From: Ostrea edulis
Taxonomy: Eukaryota
Reading direction: 5' to 3'
DNA: 64,000 bases
Assembly (NCBI RefSeq): GCF_947568905.1
Contig: NC_079170.1
Coordinates: 14,136,001 to 14,200,000 of the forward strand
Below the pieces are notes generated by a model that had not been told where the DNA came from, did no database searches, and saw only the letters and a program-made list of their open reading frames with translations. Positions within the stretch are counted from its first letter, which is position 1; each line of letters starts with the position of its first letter. The translations under genes were made by a program, and so were the position numbers. Below are positions 63,946 to 64,000 of this stretch, piece after piece.

Positions 63946-64000
63946 TAATAGACATAAATCGATTCAGAATTTCCAAATCATCAAGGCGCAGGAATTACCA

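Overview
AT-rich, intron-containing animal genomic DNA, very probably from a bivalve (oyster-like, judged from gene families and repeats; the species cannot be fixed from sequence alone). Seven intact secreted-protein genes were reconstructed exon by exon: one C1q-domain gene (-), two 'short-chain collagen C4-like' coiled-coil genes (-), and four three-domain peritrophin-A/CBM14 chitin-binding genes (one divergent on +, three in a tandem array on -). The chitin-binding family also has a pseudogene and an inverted solo exon 1. The rest is mostly mobile DNA: about 20 truncated Penelope-like (Naiad-type) pieces, a second decayed Penelope-like RT, a Tc1/mariner fossil, a Crypton-like tyrosine recombinase fossil, tRNA-derived SINEs of at least three kinds, a Helentron-associated (HINE-like) element, a CGATATCG-array MITE and several long perfect hairpins. 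The most notable hidden element is a non-coding repeat family carrying a type I hammerhead ribozyme (CTGAAGA-stem II-GAAA-TGCGCA-TC). At 23233-23763 it is a tandem with two intact ribozymes whose cleavage sites are 351 nt apart, i.e. a retrozyme-like unit that could release a 351-nt (circular) RNA. Retrozymes are known in other animals, including mussels, so the class is not new; whether this family is described or active cannot be told without searches and experiments. All alignments and folds were done by eye.
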